Source of the DNA: Marsupella aquatica | Lineage: Eukaryota > Plantae > Marchantiophyta | Assembly: GCA_973895155.1 (NCBI GenBank) | Contig: OZ316895.1 | Location: forward strand, 12,531,929-12,595,928 | Length of the DNA: 64,000 nucleotides | Direction: 5' to 3' | Position numbers and translations under genes: made by a program | Notes under the pieces: generated by a model | The model's database searches: none | What the model was told of the DNA's origin: nothing | What the model saw: the letters and a program-made list of their open reading frames with translations, nothing else | Shown: in pieces, positions 22,806 to 36,760 of the stretch | How the letters are laid out: each line of letters opens with the position of its first letter | How positions within the stretch are numbered: position 1 is the stretch's first letter

Positions 22806-24615
22806 GAAGGTCTACGTGTTAAAGGTGGTGGGGCAGGAGCAGAGAGAATGCTATATAGTTTCCCCCTTTGCACGTTTTTCGAGGCTGGTGGCGAGGTTTT
22901 CAAGTGAAGTGGTTGGCGTTGGTGTTGGAGAATTCGGCGTGCTTTCTCAAGAGGAATAGTACGGGAATGGTTCGGTTGGATATATTTCGCGCCTCACAAA
23001 ATTCGCATCAAAGTAGGCTTGCACAGACCTGGCTGTTCTGCCAGTACAGTTGCGAACAAAAGTTTCAACGACAGTTGACATCTTCCTAGGAATGACGATT
23101 TCAATGGACGATTTCAACGCACATTCCCTCACTGTAACATATCCACAATTAATTTCAATTGGACAGCGAGGGTTGCGAGCGATTGACACTTCTGATGAAC
23201 ATTTTTTTGGCAGACGGGCCCAATCACCAAAACCCGCACACCAGGAAGTAAAAGAATTAAGCCCTGCTCGTAGCCAGACAACTGACAATGTCCAAACAAA
23301 TGTAAGCAATCCCGATTGAGCTGTGAGAAGAATCCCTGCACAAGCCGGAAAGGTCCATTTCATCTCCTCCGAATAATAAATTTTATGCGCGAATCGCACC
23401 GAGATACGACGGTACACTACACTGACTTGTGCCAATTTTTCGCGAGTGGACAAGAACGTTTTCAAGGATCTCGACATTTTTCCAACGTGACAACTTTTTT
23501 CAGGACGGTCAACTATGGAGGACTGACCGCGTGGTAAGTAAACCTCGAGCGCAAGCCTCAGCGTCAAGCACGGAGCATACTCTCATAGGGACTGACGCAG
23601 GTAGAGCAGGGGAAGTCGGAAGGGGAAGAAAGACAAAAAGGGAACCATCCAACTTTCACTTTGCTGCAGCGTTTCCTCAGAGAGCACCCTGTAGAAGAAA
23701 CAACGAGGAAAGATGACACCCGCAACGGAATCTAGAGTTGAGGTGACGGCACACTACTGTCCTAGGCAAAAGGAAGCACCGCGGAAATATCGTTTACTTG
23801 GATTTTTTGTGCTCCTTGTTCCTCCTCCGTTCGCGTATCGCAAGTCCGCTAGTCCTCCTGTTCCGAGTACACCCGGACGACCGTGCGGCTTGTTTTGCGG
23901 TGACGCGATGCGTAGCGGAGGGCAGAGCAGAGCAGAGCAGCTGAGCAATTTCCTTCAGATCGATCGAGAATCACATCGGTCGTTCGATTCGGAAGTCAAC
24001 TCAAGCAATCCAACACTCCTCTCCTCTCCTCGATCGAAAGGAAATACGATACTAAATTCAAGGATTGTGGATAAATATCTTCATCACATTTTAAATGGTA
24101 TGAACCATTTTCTTTGAAGGATTGTCCGCTCAACTGACTCTTTCACTCGAGTTCGGCGTCAGATTTTTGGTCCCCTGGCCGATGCACCTCTACACGGCAC
24201 GCCGTCTGTAAGGTCCAGTCCTTGTCTAGTAGATTTTGCATTGGTATAAGTCTATGAGAGGACAAACATCATTCTCTTCCCTCGCTGCTGAAAGGGCAGA
24301 CATCACGCGACTGCCCATTCAATGCAACGCATTCACTGAAGTGCTGCCACATTCGTATACTGGGCTCCTGCATAATATTGCGCTGCCGTCTCATGCTCGT
24401 GCCGCGTTGGTCAGTTCACCACTTCAACCGAGATCTGCATCCTAGCAGACGAATCATAAGTATTGTGGATTTGCAGTACAGTACATCGCATTGAAGGGGC
24501 AAGTGCAATTCTGTGCTCTGTCTCTCTCCGACTCTCCCTCTCTTTGGTACGGTGGCCAGGACAGAATTGCAGGCAGGCAGGAAAGTAAACCAACGGGTGA
24601 GCGGAAGGACGCCCG

Positions 24616-27600
24616 ATGGCGGATGAGAATGGAGAGCGGGAAGAGGAATACGAAGAGAGAAGCGAGCCGAAGCTGAGGACCGGGTTCCTGCTCTTTCTCC
24701 AGCAGAGCCAGGCGCTGATGAAAAAGAATGCGCTTCTGGCATGGCGGAACAGGCGGACCACTTTTCTCCAATTGGTGGCGTCATTCTTCTTCATCTTCCT
24801 CATTTTCGCCGTGAGCGAAGCCATCACTGCTCGGAACCGCATCACCACGGGGTACAAGAACTTGGCCGATCCGCAGCCCACGCCGGTGGCGGCCATTCCT
24901 AGGTGCGAGGACGGATACTACATCAAGACCGATGGCCCGGGGTGCTGGGATTTTGTTTACAGTCCTAATACCAGCCCGCGAATCAATTCGATTATCGACA
25001 GCATTCGATCCAATAATCCAGGTCGGATAATTCCAGTGAGTAAGACGATGGGATTTGGATCACCCAATGAAGCGGACGATTTCTTGTTGGCCAATCCAAT
25101 GCGCGTTCCATCGGGGATACATTTTAACGAAAGGGCGAATGGTGTGATCGCTTATGGGATTCAGTCTAACTCAACAGCAAAGAACGTGCGAGGCCTTTAC
25201 GAAAATAGAAACTTCAAGTTCCAAATTCCTCTTCAGGCCGCAGCCGAACGAGAAATTGTCCGGCTTCTGGCTGGCGGTGAGTCATTACTCTCTTCCTCCA
25301 ATGCGCTCCGCGCTCCCAATCACCATGATATGTTAATCAAACCTGTCCTATGATTTCTGACTATTTGAAGAATTTACAATGAATGCATTCCGTAAGCACT
25401 CATTGTTCACGATTTAGGCTTTGAGGTTCCCAGCTAGATGTGCTGCAGAGTTGATCACGAATTCAGGTCGGTCCTCTGTTTTCTACAATGAAAGTATCTA
25501 AGGGCGCAATTGAATCTAGGAGAGGGTTCAACAGCTATAGTACGCCCAGCATCAAAGGATCAATAATACGGCAAGATCCACCGTTTAGGACTTTCAAACA
25601 ATTGCAGAGACTTGCAATCACAGTTGTGGGAGCTCATATGCAGAGTATCCAGGACGGTCTCCCCTGCGTCATGACGATTGCCTGTGTTGGTGAGGTTGAA
25701 ATTGGCTCTCGCTCATGGTTACTAAAGAAAGATTTGTTTTGTCAGATCCAAGCATTTCCTGGAATGTCAAATTCACTGAGTTTGCCCACCCAAACATTGA
25801 AACATTCTCCGCAGTCGGCACGGTTGGACCCACGTTTCTGCTTGCAGCTATTATGTTTGGATTTGTGGTTCAGATGAGTAACTTGGTTGGAGAGAAGGAG
25901 CTCAAGCTAAGACAGGTTCGTTTCCACAGGTTCTAGCGTTACAGAATATTCATCTTATCCCATTGCCTTGTATCCTTCTCAATCTGATTTTTCCGAAGCG
26001 AAAGGCAGTGTGGTATCACATTTCACATGGAAGTTCTACTGCCCTTTTGTCAAAAGTTGTCGCGTCAGTTTTCCTCCTGCCGTGGTAGAATTTTGTGTTT
26101 TTTTGTAAAATTCTAAACATTTGTGACATCCCTTGTCGGTGAATGTTGTGTGATCTCCAGGCAATGACTACGATGGGCCTAATGGATTCAGCGTATTGGT
26201 TGACGTGGCTGCTTTGGGAGCTATTCCTGGGATTGATATCATCCATTCTGCTTGTGGTCTTTGGGATGATTTTTCAGTTCTACTTTTTCCTCAACAACGG
26301 CTTCTTCGTTTTGTTCTTCCTGTTCTTTCTCTTCTCGATGAGCATGGTAAGGTTTGAACCATTATGGATAGAGTGAGGTTTTAAGGTAGGAGGTGTATCA
26401 GGTTTCACAAATATCATACGTTTTGAACTCTGGATTTCGTCCCTACCCATCCAATTCACAGTTCCTGATTATCTGTTTATCATTAGTAACAAGTGGGCAG
26501 CATCTGCCTTGATAGTGGTTCGTGCAGAGAGATTCCTGAACGCTCTAATTTGTGCCTGGCTATTGACTTAGCTAGCTTGCTAATAATCCTGATTTCCTTC
26601 TTGCTGCAGACAAGCTTTGCGTTCATGCTCTCAGTATTCATAAGCAAGTCTGCATCAGCTACGACTGTTGGTTTCTTCTTCTTCATTATTGCATTTCTGA
26701 CTCAGGTGCTTGCTCGCACTCCACACATGAAGACTCCTTCATTCCAAGTCCTATCTCAGTACAATTGCTGCTAGTGTCGTTAATTGAACTGACACCTTCT
26801 GGCTGTGTGGGCTTGGGGCAGCTGATCACACTCTTTGGCTTTCCTTACGATAAGCAATATTCGAAAGGAATTCAAACTGTCTGGTCAATTTTCCCTCCAA
26901 ATGTGTTTACCATTGGGCTCCATTATCTGGGAGATGCAACTGCCACGAAGCAGGATAAAGGCATACAATGGTCGAATAGGAACAAGTGCTCTTTTGCAGA
27001 CGAGGATTGCCAAATCACGTTGGTACGTCTTTAAGCACTACCACTGAACAAATCAGCATTAGTGTTCCTGTCATTATATAGATTCCGTGATCGCCCTTAC
27101 TCGTTTTATTGATCCAAGTAAACTGACTCAGTGAGAGTGTCAATCGAATATTTGCAGGGATCAATTTACGGATGGCTAGCAGCTACATTTGTGGTCTGGT
27201 TTTTGCTCGCCATATATTTCGACAATGTAGTCCCGGATGCGAATGGGGTGCGCAAGCCTTGGACGTACTTCCTCCGCCCATCTTACTGGACCGGGAAAGG
27301 AAACAAAACCTTCGAAGGTTGTGCCTGAGGCGCTTTGAAGTGGTCTTTGGGTCCTGACTTAATTGCAACTCACATCCTTCGGGTGGTCTTGGTTGAATGT
27401 CAACTCTAGCGTTCGATTTTTCTTTTTGTAGAATGAATGCTATCTCTGTGTTCAGGGCTCATAGAAACGTTGTGCAAAATCACGCAGGGGGTGGTTGCTT
27501 TACGTGCACCCATTCAGCAGCCCCGGTTCCAGAGGTTGGCCAGACAGAGGATCCAGACGTGGTAGCTGAAGAGCAACTCGTGAAGGAGCAGAAAGCGAGC

Positions 27601-30400
27601 AATGTGCACGACCCAGCAGTGTCTGTGGCAGTTCAAGGGCTGCGCAAGACATTTCCCGGAAAGACTGAAGTAGCCCTCTGCTGCCGTATCAAACGCACCA
27701 AGCCGTACCATGCAGTCAGGGTACTGGTTCATGACTTGCCTTCGCCCCTTTTTTCACGTTGGTTCTGTCGAACTAACTTCCTCATAAAATCATTCGTGAT
27801 AACTTCGTGTTAACAGTCCAAAACGTTAGATTGCGGATTGAAATAGACAGCACATGCTCATCCACGCGTTTGAATTAATCATGCGCAGGGGGCTTGGTTC
27901 AATGTTGAGAAGGACAAGCTTTTCTGTCTGCTGGGCCCTAATGGTGCCGGAAAGACAACCACCATAAACTGCTTAACAGGGATTATTCCTACCACTGATG
28001 GTGACGGTAATGTCTAAATCTCCACCGTATTTCATGTCGTATTGATGCATGGACTTTTCGGCAGCCCCTAACTCGTTTCCTAGATGTCAAGTTTCCTTTT
28101 GCTTTGTCCATCTGACTGGTGTAGTTTCTGCGGATCAATTGAGCACTAGAGTGAGGTGCAGTCATCGTCATACGTCCACTTTCAAGGGTATAGAGTGTAC
28201 AAATGATAGTCTTTTGATATGCATTCCAGCCTCCTGTGCAGTTCTGTGAAATGATTGCTGATTTCTGGTTTATTCGCAGCTTTGATATATGGAGAGTCTA
28301 TCAGGAGCACAAGCGGAATGAGAAACATCCGTAACAGCATGGGAGTCTGCCCACAGGTATGCGCAGTCCCCAATCCATCATAGAGGAGTTGCACTACCAG
28401 CTTTATTAGCACTTTGAGATCCTCCACTGAGCTTTCAACCACGCTACCAAACTAAAGGTGACACGAAGCACTTCCATTGCCAAAATTGCTAACGAGTTAT
28501 TGTTGTTTTCAGTTCGACATCTTATGGGAGGCACTATCAGGACGCGAGCATCTGCAGCTCTTCGCTGCCATCAAGGGACTTAAATCGGCTGCTGTTAAAG
28601 ATGTAAGAATTCTGCTATCTCAGTGAAATACCGAACGTGCGAAATTTTCTATGGGTTTGAAAGATCGAAGAAGACGAACCAGTCTTCCCAGCGAGCCAAT
28701 GAATAAGGATTTAAAATGTCTACTGTGTGATATTGACTGAAGTTTATAATTACTAAACGGAAAAGTACATATTTTTTGCAGGGCACGGAAAAACTTCTCT
28801 CACAAGTGAAGCTTCTCGAGGCAGCTAAAGTGAGATCAGGGAGTTACAGTGGCGGTATGAAGCGACGACTGAGTGTTGCAATAGCCTTAATTGGAAATCC
28901 CAAGATCGTGTTTCTCGACGAGCCGGTAGTTCTCAATGCTTGAACTCCCTTGCATCTCTTTGCAAGTTTGTCCTTGTTAGCTTGAAGTCACTGTTAGCCT
29001 TTCACTGAACACCAAAAGCTTACCTCGTAGACCATACACATGTTTGGTTGTCTACCTCTATTTTTTCAGAATGTGGAATGTACTTCTCTGACTAAGAAAA
29101 GCGTCTATTGGGAATGTTGACTCGACAGCGGAACGTTTTCAGTGTTCTTTGAATTGTATGAAGTTATGATCAATTTTGGTTTTATGCGAGAAGCATTATT
29201 CTGACACATGTTGAGCTTGCAGACAACGGGTATGGATCCTGTCACAAGGAGACACGTGTGGGACATTATAGAGACTTCGAAGAAAGGACGTGCGATGGTG
29301 TTGACAACTCATTCAATGGAGGAAGCTGATATTCTGGGAGACCGTATTGCCATCATGGCACGAGGAAGATTTCGTTGTATCGGCACATCTATTCATCTGA
29401 AAAATCGGTTTGGAGCTGGCTACATTGTCAATGTCAGCGTTCGCAATGAAGAGGATAGGAATCGCCCAGACCGGGTAGTTGATGAAGAGCAGAGGAGAGA
29501 CAACGTAAAAAGATTCTTCATGGAGGTAAGTGATTATAGATTCAATTGAGCGAATGTTACCCCTTGCGTGGTTGCCACCTTTTGAAGACTTGGAACGAAA
29601 ATTTTGGTTTCGCTGCGAATCTATGACACTGAAGTCGACGTCTCTGTCTTGCAATGAATGCAGCGACTGGGAGTGGAGGTGAAGAGTGAGACCAGAGCTT
29701 ACATGACATTCGTCATTCCTCGCAAGGCAGAAAATGAGCTAGCGGTGAGTAAATCACCCACCACCCAATTTGAGCTACCACTCGTCATTTCTCGGAAAGT
29801 GAATTTTGCATATTTAAAATTGTGTTGCCTGTGTCGTTTGTTTTCTCGTCAGGGTTTCTTCGAAACTCTTTCTGAGAACAAGAAAGAGCTAGGAGTTTCA
29901 GACCTCCAAATCAGTCTCACCACACTGGAAGAAGTCTTCCTCAACATCTCCAAGCAAGCTGAGCTGGAGAGTGCGGCTGCGGAGGGACGATTTGAGAAAA
30001 TGACATTGACATCCGGCCCATCTGCTGGCGTAACTGTCGATGTAATGATCTGACTGGACCCTTTGTCTTTCCAATTCTATGTACCTGCATGTTCTCGTTC
30101 GTACTTCACATTGGGTTTAGTAGTGTTATCTTGAATTCAGCCACTATTCTCAGTCTCTATGAAGAGCAGAGGAGGTTGAATATGTATCCCAAAGCTGAAA
30201 GGTAGTCGCCTAACCGCTACTATCAACCTTGACAGGTACCCACCGGTGCTCCTTCCGCTGTTATCCCTGGAACGGAATCGGAAAAGGCACCCAACGGCAT
30301 GATGGTCGAGATTTACTGGCAACAAGACGACACTGGCTCTTTGTGTATTTCTGGACACTCTGACTTGATGCCTGTACCGGCTTCCAATCAAGCTGAATAA
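24616..30400 (+). CDS. ABCA2: ABC transporter subfamily A, half-size ATH/ABCA2-like, 957 aa, 15 exons
   Basis: Exons 24616-25276, 25746-25915, 26161-26346, 26610-26705, 26822-27022, 27158-27317, 27488-27720, 27889-28006, 28280-28356, 28513-28602, 28782-28925, 29223-29525, 29664-29744, 29853-30041 and 30236-30400; all GT-AG, 2874 nt in frame. Motifs: [23 protein letters not shown], Walker [20 protein letters not shown], signature YSGGMKRRL, Walker [33 protein letters not shown]-terminal [19 protein letters not shown]. The symbol reflects family resemblance, not proven orthology. Confidence 0.95.
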
Positions 30401-31076
30401 CGTCAGAAAAGTGAAGAATTTTAGAAATTGTTAAACCTCTAGATTTTCTGTAGAGAGGAAACAACCATACCCATCGTCAACTCCGTCATTATTGTCTTTC
30501 TAGATTGACGACCTGGTCCATTTTACGTCAGAGCATCTTGGCCATAATATAGCGTCTCATCCTAGGCTCTCCAATGTACCAGCTCAGGGTTAGCCTTCAA
30601 AGGCTTCTCTCTTCTTCACTCAATTTCCCCTACGAAGCCGAATTAATTTGTACCATTACCTATATGGTGGCACTATCGACAGAAGCGTCACCCATGCAGA
30701 ACCACATTCTTTGCAGAAAAGTTAGAATTCAGTTTCATTGATCTTACAGCCTTGTCCTGTTACTTCCTTCCCCAAAACCACAAAGCGCAGGTGATATGTG
30801 TACCTTTTACCTTCACTTAGGAATGTCCGGGGTAGCTACTGTAGTTTTGACCGAAATGTAATGTTTCTCGACTAGAAACCATTGATGAAATTATATTTCC
30901 TTTCATTGTCGTCATTAAGTGTCAAGCAAGTTTTGGTGGAACTTGGGCAAAACAATCTACACAAATAGTGGGGGAGCCTGAACTCACAACAGGTCCAGAG
31001 CTCTAAAGTATTGAATGAGTAACATTCGCATGGATAGTCCAGGGCCACGATTTGATCAGCCCTGTCCATGAAGCTG

Positions 31077-31140
31077 ATCAAATGGTGAAAATACTCTTGT
31101 CAACTGGAATCAAATGGTGAAAATGCTCTTGTCAACTGGA
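31077..31140. repeat. Two-copy ~32-bp tandem duplication
   Basis: atcaaatggtgaaaat(a/g)ctcttgtcaactgga x2. Confidence 0.8.
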
Positions 31141-31351
31141 AAACGCCTTAACCTGACAGAGGCTCTGTGACTTGTTATCTTCAGGTCTCGTGTTGAAAAT
31201 AGATCAGTGTTCTGTAGAAGGCAGCGTAGAGATGCTTTCACACCTGTCAATTCCACAAGACCATCCTGTAGGGCTCATTAAGAGGGGGTTGATCAGAGAA
31301 AAAGAGTATCAGGTTGATCAAGCAAAAGTTTTCTGTCTGGGGGTCCACTTG

Positions 31352-32292
31352 CCGCGAGTTAAATCTACGTCAAGTTAATGCGCCCCCATTTTCCCTGGGC
31401 GTTGTGCACTGCCCATCCTAATCCTGATGCTGCTACCTGCTCCGGCCCAATCAACTGTGTGTCATTGACTTCGGGTTTATGTTTTGACATCCATCAATTT
31501 TTTTCGCCCGCTCTAGCCCGATCAACTTTGTGTCATCAACTTTTTGGTAAGAAGTGTTGCCAAAACATAAACCACAGTTCCATAGAGAATAGGTATTTAG
31601 AACAACATAAACCAAGACTATTAATTGTGACTCTCAACCAAGGTATTAGGCTCCCTTTGAACACTTAGACTCTATTACGAAATAGGTATGATTCTATTGG
31701 AAAAAAGTGTTGCCAGAATCTAAACCATGACTCCATAGAGAAGAAGCATTTGGCAAAACATCAACCAAGACTCTATCAATCATGACTCTTAATCAAAATA
31801 CTAGGCTCTGCCTAAACACTTAGACTCTCTTACCAAACAAGCATGACTCAGTTGGAAAGAAGTGTTGCCAAAACATAAATCACAAACTCCATAGAGAATA
31901 AGTATTTGGAATAACATCAACCAAGACTCTGTCAATCACGACTATTAACCAAAATACTAGGCTCCCCTGAACACTTAGACTCTGTTACAAGCAAGTATGA
32001 CTCTGTTGAAAAGAAGTGTTGCCATAACATAAACCACGACTCCACAAGGAAGAAGTCGATGACACAAAGTCAATCGGGACGGAGTGCGCAACAAAACGTG
32101 AAGGGTGCCAAAACATAAACCCAAAGTCGATGACACAAAGTTGATTGGGCCGGAGCGCTGACAAAATGCTAGAGTATTGGTTTATGTTCTAGTAAACTCA
32201 GGCCGGGCAGCAGCATCGGGGACTGGGACGGGCAGTGTATGGTGCCCCGGGAAAGTGGGGGCGCATTAACTTGACGTAGATTTAACTTGCGG
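31352..32292. mobile_element. Non-autonomous TIR element (~940 bp) with long TIRs and an internal ~155-bp tandem repeat
   Basis: Left ccgcgagttaaatctacgtcaagttaatgcgccccca, right tgggggcgcattaacttgacgtagatttaacttgcgg, with imperfect pairing over ~90 bp or more. Internal unit aagaagtgttgccaaaacataaaccac... at ~31549, 31703, 31857, 32011. Confidence 0.85.
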
Positions 32293-32787
32293 TTCCACCA
32301 AGCACATCCCTAGACTTCTCATGGGGTCCATGACCAACAAATGATAGAAAGTGAATGGGTATGTTACGAATGTTAGTAGATCAACTGTTCATCTAGGCAG
32401 AGCCTTGTATAGCAGCAGTTGTGGTTGGTGGAAGCAAAGGTGTCTCTCCTAAAGCAAGATTCAGACACACAAGGACCAAACTTGGTAGAAAATAACTACA
32501 GGCCCTGACTATGACCTTTGCAACTTTCAATGTGACTGCGCAAAGGTCAAATTAATTACAGGCTTTGAATGGGGCTGGTTGTAGTTGTTCTTTTGAGACA
32601 GGCGCCTTATTTCAGTGTCGCCCAAACTACATTAGTGAAGACATCTACATGAATGTCTTCAGAATCTGTTTCATGAACATCATTTCTTGTTTTGGTAATT
32701 TCCTTCATGTAGATATTTTCAAGTCCCTTTTTGCAAGAACTACTCTTGACTTGCTAGAACGAATGCTAAGTGTGACCTGAAGCCTGC

Positions 32788-34433
32788 GGTCCTCACTTCT
32801 TTTCTTCCAACCCATTGGGCACAAAGAAGTTAGGGGTGTTTTAATTCAATGCGCACAAAACTTTTTAAAAAATGTTGAAGAAATATATGGGTGTTTTGAT
32901 CCGATTTTGAGTATTATAAGAACTATAGGGGTTTTTAATACCAAATGTGAGAATATTCTATAGAGTTAGGGGTTAAAAAATAGTAAAAATCTACTTAATT
33001 TTATTAAGTTTAGGTTGTTTATTGCTTGAAAACTTTGTGCGTGATATGAGACCTTTCTTGGAGTGAGGCCCCCAAGACCCGAAGATAATGTCAACAATAT
33101 CTTTCACATCCACCAATGTTAGCCATTCACCCCTGCACTATTTGCATGAGTGAACAAAAGTTGTTCTGACTTGCTGATAAAGATTGTTGTGTCATCTAAA
33201 GATAATGCCCACAATCTCTTCAATTATATATAACCACCAGTGTTGACCATTTACCCTTGCTCGAACTGCATGCAAGAGCAGAAAATATTCTTCCTGAAAC
33301 AAAATAATGTTGTGTTGTCTGAAGACAATCCCCACAATGTCTTTAAGTCTCTGCCATTCACCCCTGCCTGCATGGCTTGCATTAGCAAAAAATACTCTGA
33401 CTCACTGAAAAATTGTCAAGCGCCCTGAAGTCTCCTGGCATTGTTTAAGGTATTTCAAAATCCTAAACTCAAAGCCTTAAATCCTTGTGCTTTGCTTGAA
33501 ATTTAATTTGATCCTACTTGTCAATTAGTGCGCCCTTATTTTGGTGAATGAAGTGGAGCCTAGCTAGGGTCTGCCCAAACCTCAAGACTACTGACATGCA
33601 AACTGAAGATTTTTATGTATGCAATTTGCATTTAATGACAGAGAATGTCCCCCATAAACATTTGACCGGCTGCTTTTTAATGCAAGAGCTGGGTATGGGT
33701 GGTCTTTGGGCTTTGGACAAAATGCAAAAAGGAGATGTAATCACTACTTTACATGGAGATCTTTACCTTACACCTTCCTATCAGCTGAAATGAGGTTTTT
33801 ATTTGTTCATATCTTATTTACTCTTAGGCTGTTTTCCTTTCATTGGATTTTGTTTGGGCCAAAGCAGGCAGTTTATGGCTCAGTGTATGGGGCCCCAAGA
33901 AAAATGGGGAACTTTAAGTTGACATAGATTTAACTTGCGATCAATCATGGAGAAGGCAGGCACAATCATATGCGTTGGACAGCTTTAAGAGGCAGGTGGA
34001 CTGGAAGGGCAAAGCATACTGGCCTTAGTACCATTAGATGGAGGGGAATATGAAATTCAACTGCAAGGAATTCATGCCTGTTGTTGTCAAATACCCAAAG
34101 ACACATGCATGTCCACATTGATGGTAACAAATGACAAAGATTCTAGAGGGTCTCACTCACAGGGGGGTCTCATATCACATACACAAGCATTTGAGTGATG
34201 AACACACTAAATCCTAAGACAAAAAGTTTTTAGAGTATAGAATATTCTAGGAATATTTATTGATTTGGCTTTAGAAAACCCTATAGTTCCTCTGATTCTC
34301 AGAATTGGATTAAAACTCCATGGGGCCCTACTGTTCATCCACAATATATTGTAAATCTTCCACTAGCTCAATCCAATTTTAAAACTATATTTGTATTTGT
34401 GCGTAATGGGTTGGAAGAAACTAATTGAGGACC
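32788..34433. mobile_element. Older TIR element with ~200-bp imperfect inverted ends; contains an orphan terminus of the 31352-32292 family
   Basis: ggtcctca..ttcttccaacccatt..gcacaaa versus tttgtgcgtaatgggttggaagaaa..tgaggacc; gaactataggggttttt versus aaaaccctatagttc. Orphan end gttgacatagatttaacttgcg at ~33918-33939. Confidence 0.6.
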
Positions 34434-35544
34434 CTGGGAAAAAATTGGACATAAGAACATGTATACAAACGAAAGCCAGGGGCTATGTAACCATTTGAGG
34501 ATGGTGTATGCAAGATGGGAAAATCCATTCGAGTATCTATCTTGAATGTCAAATATTCCTATGAGAGTGTTGGTTTTGCACTGTCTAGGACAACTAATGG
34601 CCTTGTGGGGGTTCCAGCTGAAATCCCTGAGGGTGGCTATTCAAAGGGGGTTAGAGCCCATAGCCCCTGGATTATTGGATGAAGAGGCCATGGATTATTG
34701 GGTGTAGACCCCAAGCCCCAAGGGACTAGTTTTTCCCTATTTTCACCATAAAATTTTCACCATAAAATTTTCACTTGAGTTTCATATCCATGCTCACAGC
34801 CAATAGCTCTTCAAGAGGCCATAGATTAATAGCCAAGGACCCCAAGACAGTGCAGTTTTTCCCTAAGTATTTTCACCAAGAAATTCATTTGTGTCTCTCA
34901 TAACCCCAGAACTAGACTGGGTTGATCTAACTCTCAGTACCACATGGTAGGGTTGCCAGGGGGTCAAGGAGACTTACAAACAAATAATTATATATAACAC
35001 TCCCAAAAAGCAAAACCAGCCAGAGTGGTGCTATTGGATCACAAAGGAAAGAGACCCAAGAAGGGGAGTAAACAACGGAAAAACCTTGGAAAACCAAAGC
35101 ATCAAAGAGTAGAAGACCCGAAAAGCCTGAGAGTCCTCTACTAGTAATTTTGCAATCCAAACCCCATTTGGCCTAGGTTGAGAGTGGAGCCTTTAGACAG
35201 TAACTGTGGGATTGTCACTTAACTTTGGGGGTGCATGAAAGTGGGGGTGCAAGGAATCACAAATGAGAGTGAATAAGAATGAATTTTGTTTCTTGCAAGG
35301 TTTTGTACTGACTGACATTTAGGTTCAATAGACCTGGTAGTCAGACTAGTAATAACAAACTGAAAAGCATGCATGTTGAGCAACCACTGACGAGTCGGGT
35401 AGAGCAACCTGGTAGAGCTCAGGAATTAACAATAAATTAAAGTGCGTGGAAATCATGCCTCCAAAGGACCCAAACAGATGTACAGTCATGTCGGAATGAA
35501 GGTAACGAATACAGAGTTCGGACAGGAGAATCCCCGTTGCCCCA

Positions 35545-36760
35545 ATGAGCTGCATTCTGTTCGTAATTACAGTACCTCCTTCAGAGCGTACTGACTGCTT
35601 GTGACTTAGAATAATTGAGCTACTGTCAGATCATAACTTCATAACCGAATTCTTGACTGCCCAACAACATTGTAGTCAGTACCTGAGTACCATGGCCTGC
35701 AGTGTTGCACCGATGAGCTGCAAATCTGCAATGGAAAGAGCCACAAATCAAAGAGATCTCAGTAACCTGCCCTTCTGTTCGTACTCGGTTCAAACGCTCT
35801 TGAGCTTTTCCATACATTCTTCAAATTAATTTGGGCTGTCAATCAGGGACTCCAAACTGATTGCCCGTGACATTCAGTGATTGAATTAAACTTCCCGCTC
35901 ACATCATTATATTAACCACATTCGAACTTTAAGTGAGTCCCATATAATTATCTTCGAATGATGTATTCATGTTGGATCTCTCTATGTATCTATCTGATGT
36001 CGGATCTATCTATGTATCTATCTTTTTCCACATTGGATTAGACGATATTATTCCGTGCTTCCTCGCAAATAGACCTTGCCCTGTGTTATGAGCTGCATTC
36101 TGTTCGTAATTACAGGACATCCTTCAGAACGTACTGACTGCCTGTACTTGACGTGGAATAATTGAGCTACTCTTTGATCATATTTTCAGGACCGAATTTG
36201 TAACTGCCAACAACATTATAGACGAAACAACATTATAGACGAAACAACATTATAGACGTCGCTAGAGTAATTGAGCTACTCTCTGATCATGACTTCATGG
36301 CGAAATTCGTGACTGCCAACAACATTGTAGTCAGTACCATGGCCTCCAGTGTTGCACCGATGAGCTGCAAATCTGTAATAGAAAGAGCCACAAATCATAG
36401 ACATCTCATGAACGATTCATCACCTGCTCTTCTGTTCGTGCTCGGTTCAAATGCTATTGACAGAGCTATTCCATACATTCTCCAAATTTGGGCTGTCAAT
36501 CAGGGACTGCAAACTGATTGCCCGTGACATTCAATGATTGAATTAATCTTCCCACATACATCATTATATTCACATCCGAAATTCAAGTGAGTCGCCCTAT
36601 AATTAACTTCGAATGACCGTGTATTCATGATGTCGGATCTTTCTATGTGTCCATCTGAGGTAACTCGGACCTAGCTGTCTATGTATCTATCTTTTTCCAT
36701 ATTGGATCAGACGATATTATTCCGTGCTTCCTCGCATAATTATAGACCTTGCCCTATGTT
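35545..36760. repeat. Two-copy segmental tandem duplication (~540 and ~670 bp) with a nested 17-bp repeat x3
   Basis: Both units start atgagctgcattctgttcgtaattacag (35546, 36088) and end ...ttccgtgcttcctcgca..tagaccttgccct. aaacaacattatagacg x3 at 36209-36258. Confidence 0.9.

Noticed and set aside
22947-23567. 206-aa minus-strand ORF upstream of the ABCA gene
   Set aside because: Non-ATG start, no recognisable motif, and it overlaps the probable ABCA promoter region.
24411-24896. Antisense ORFs over ABCA exon 1
   Set aside because: Shadow ORFs of a GC-rich coding exon.
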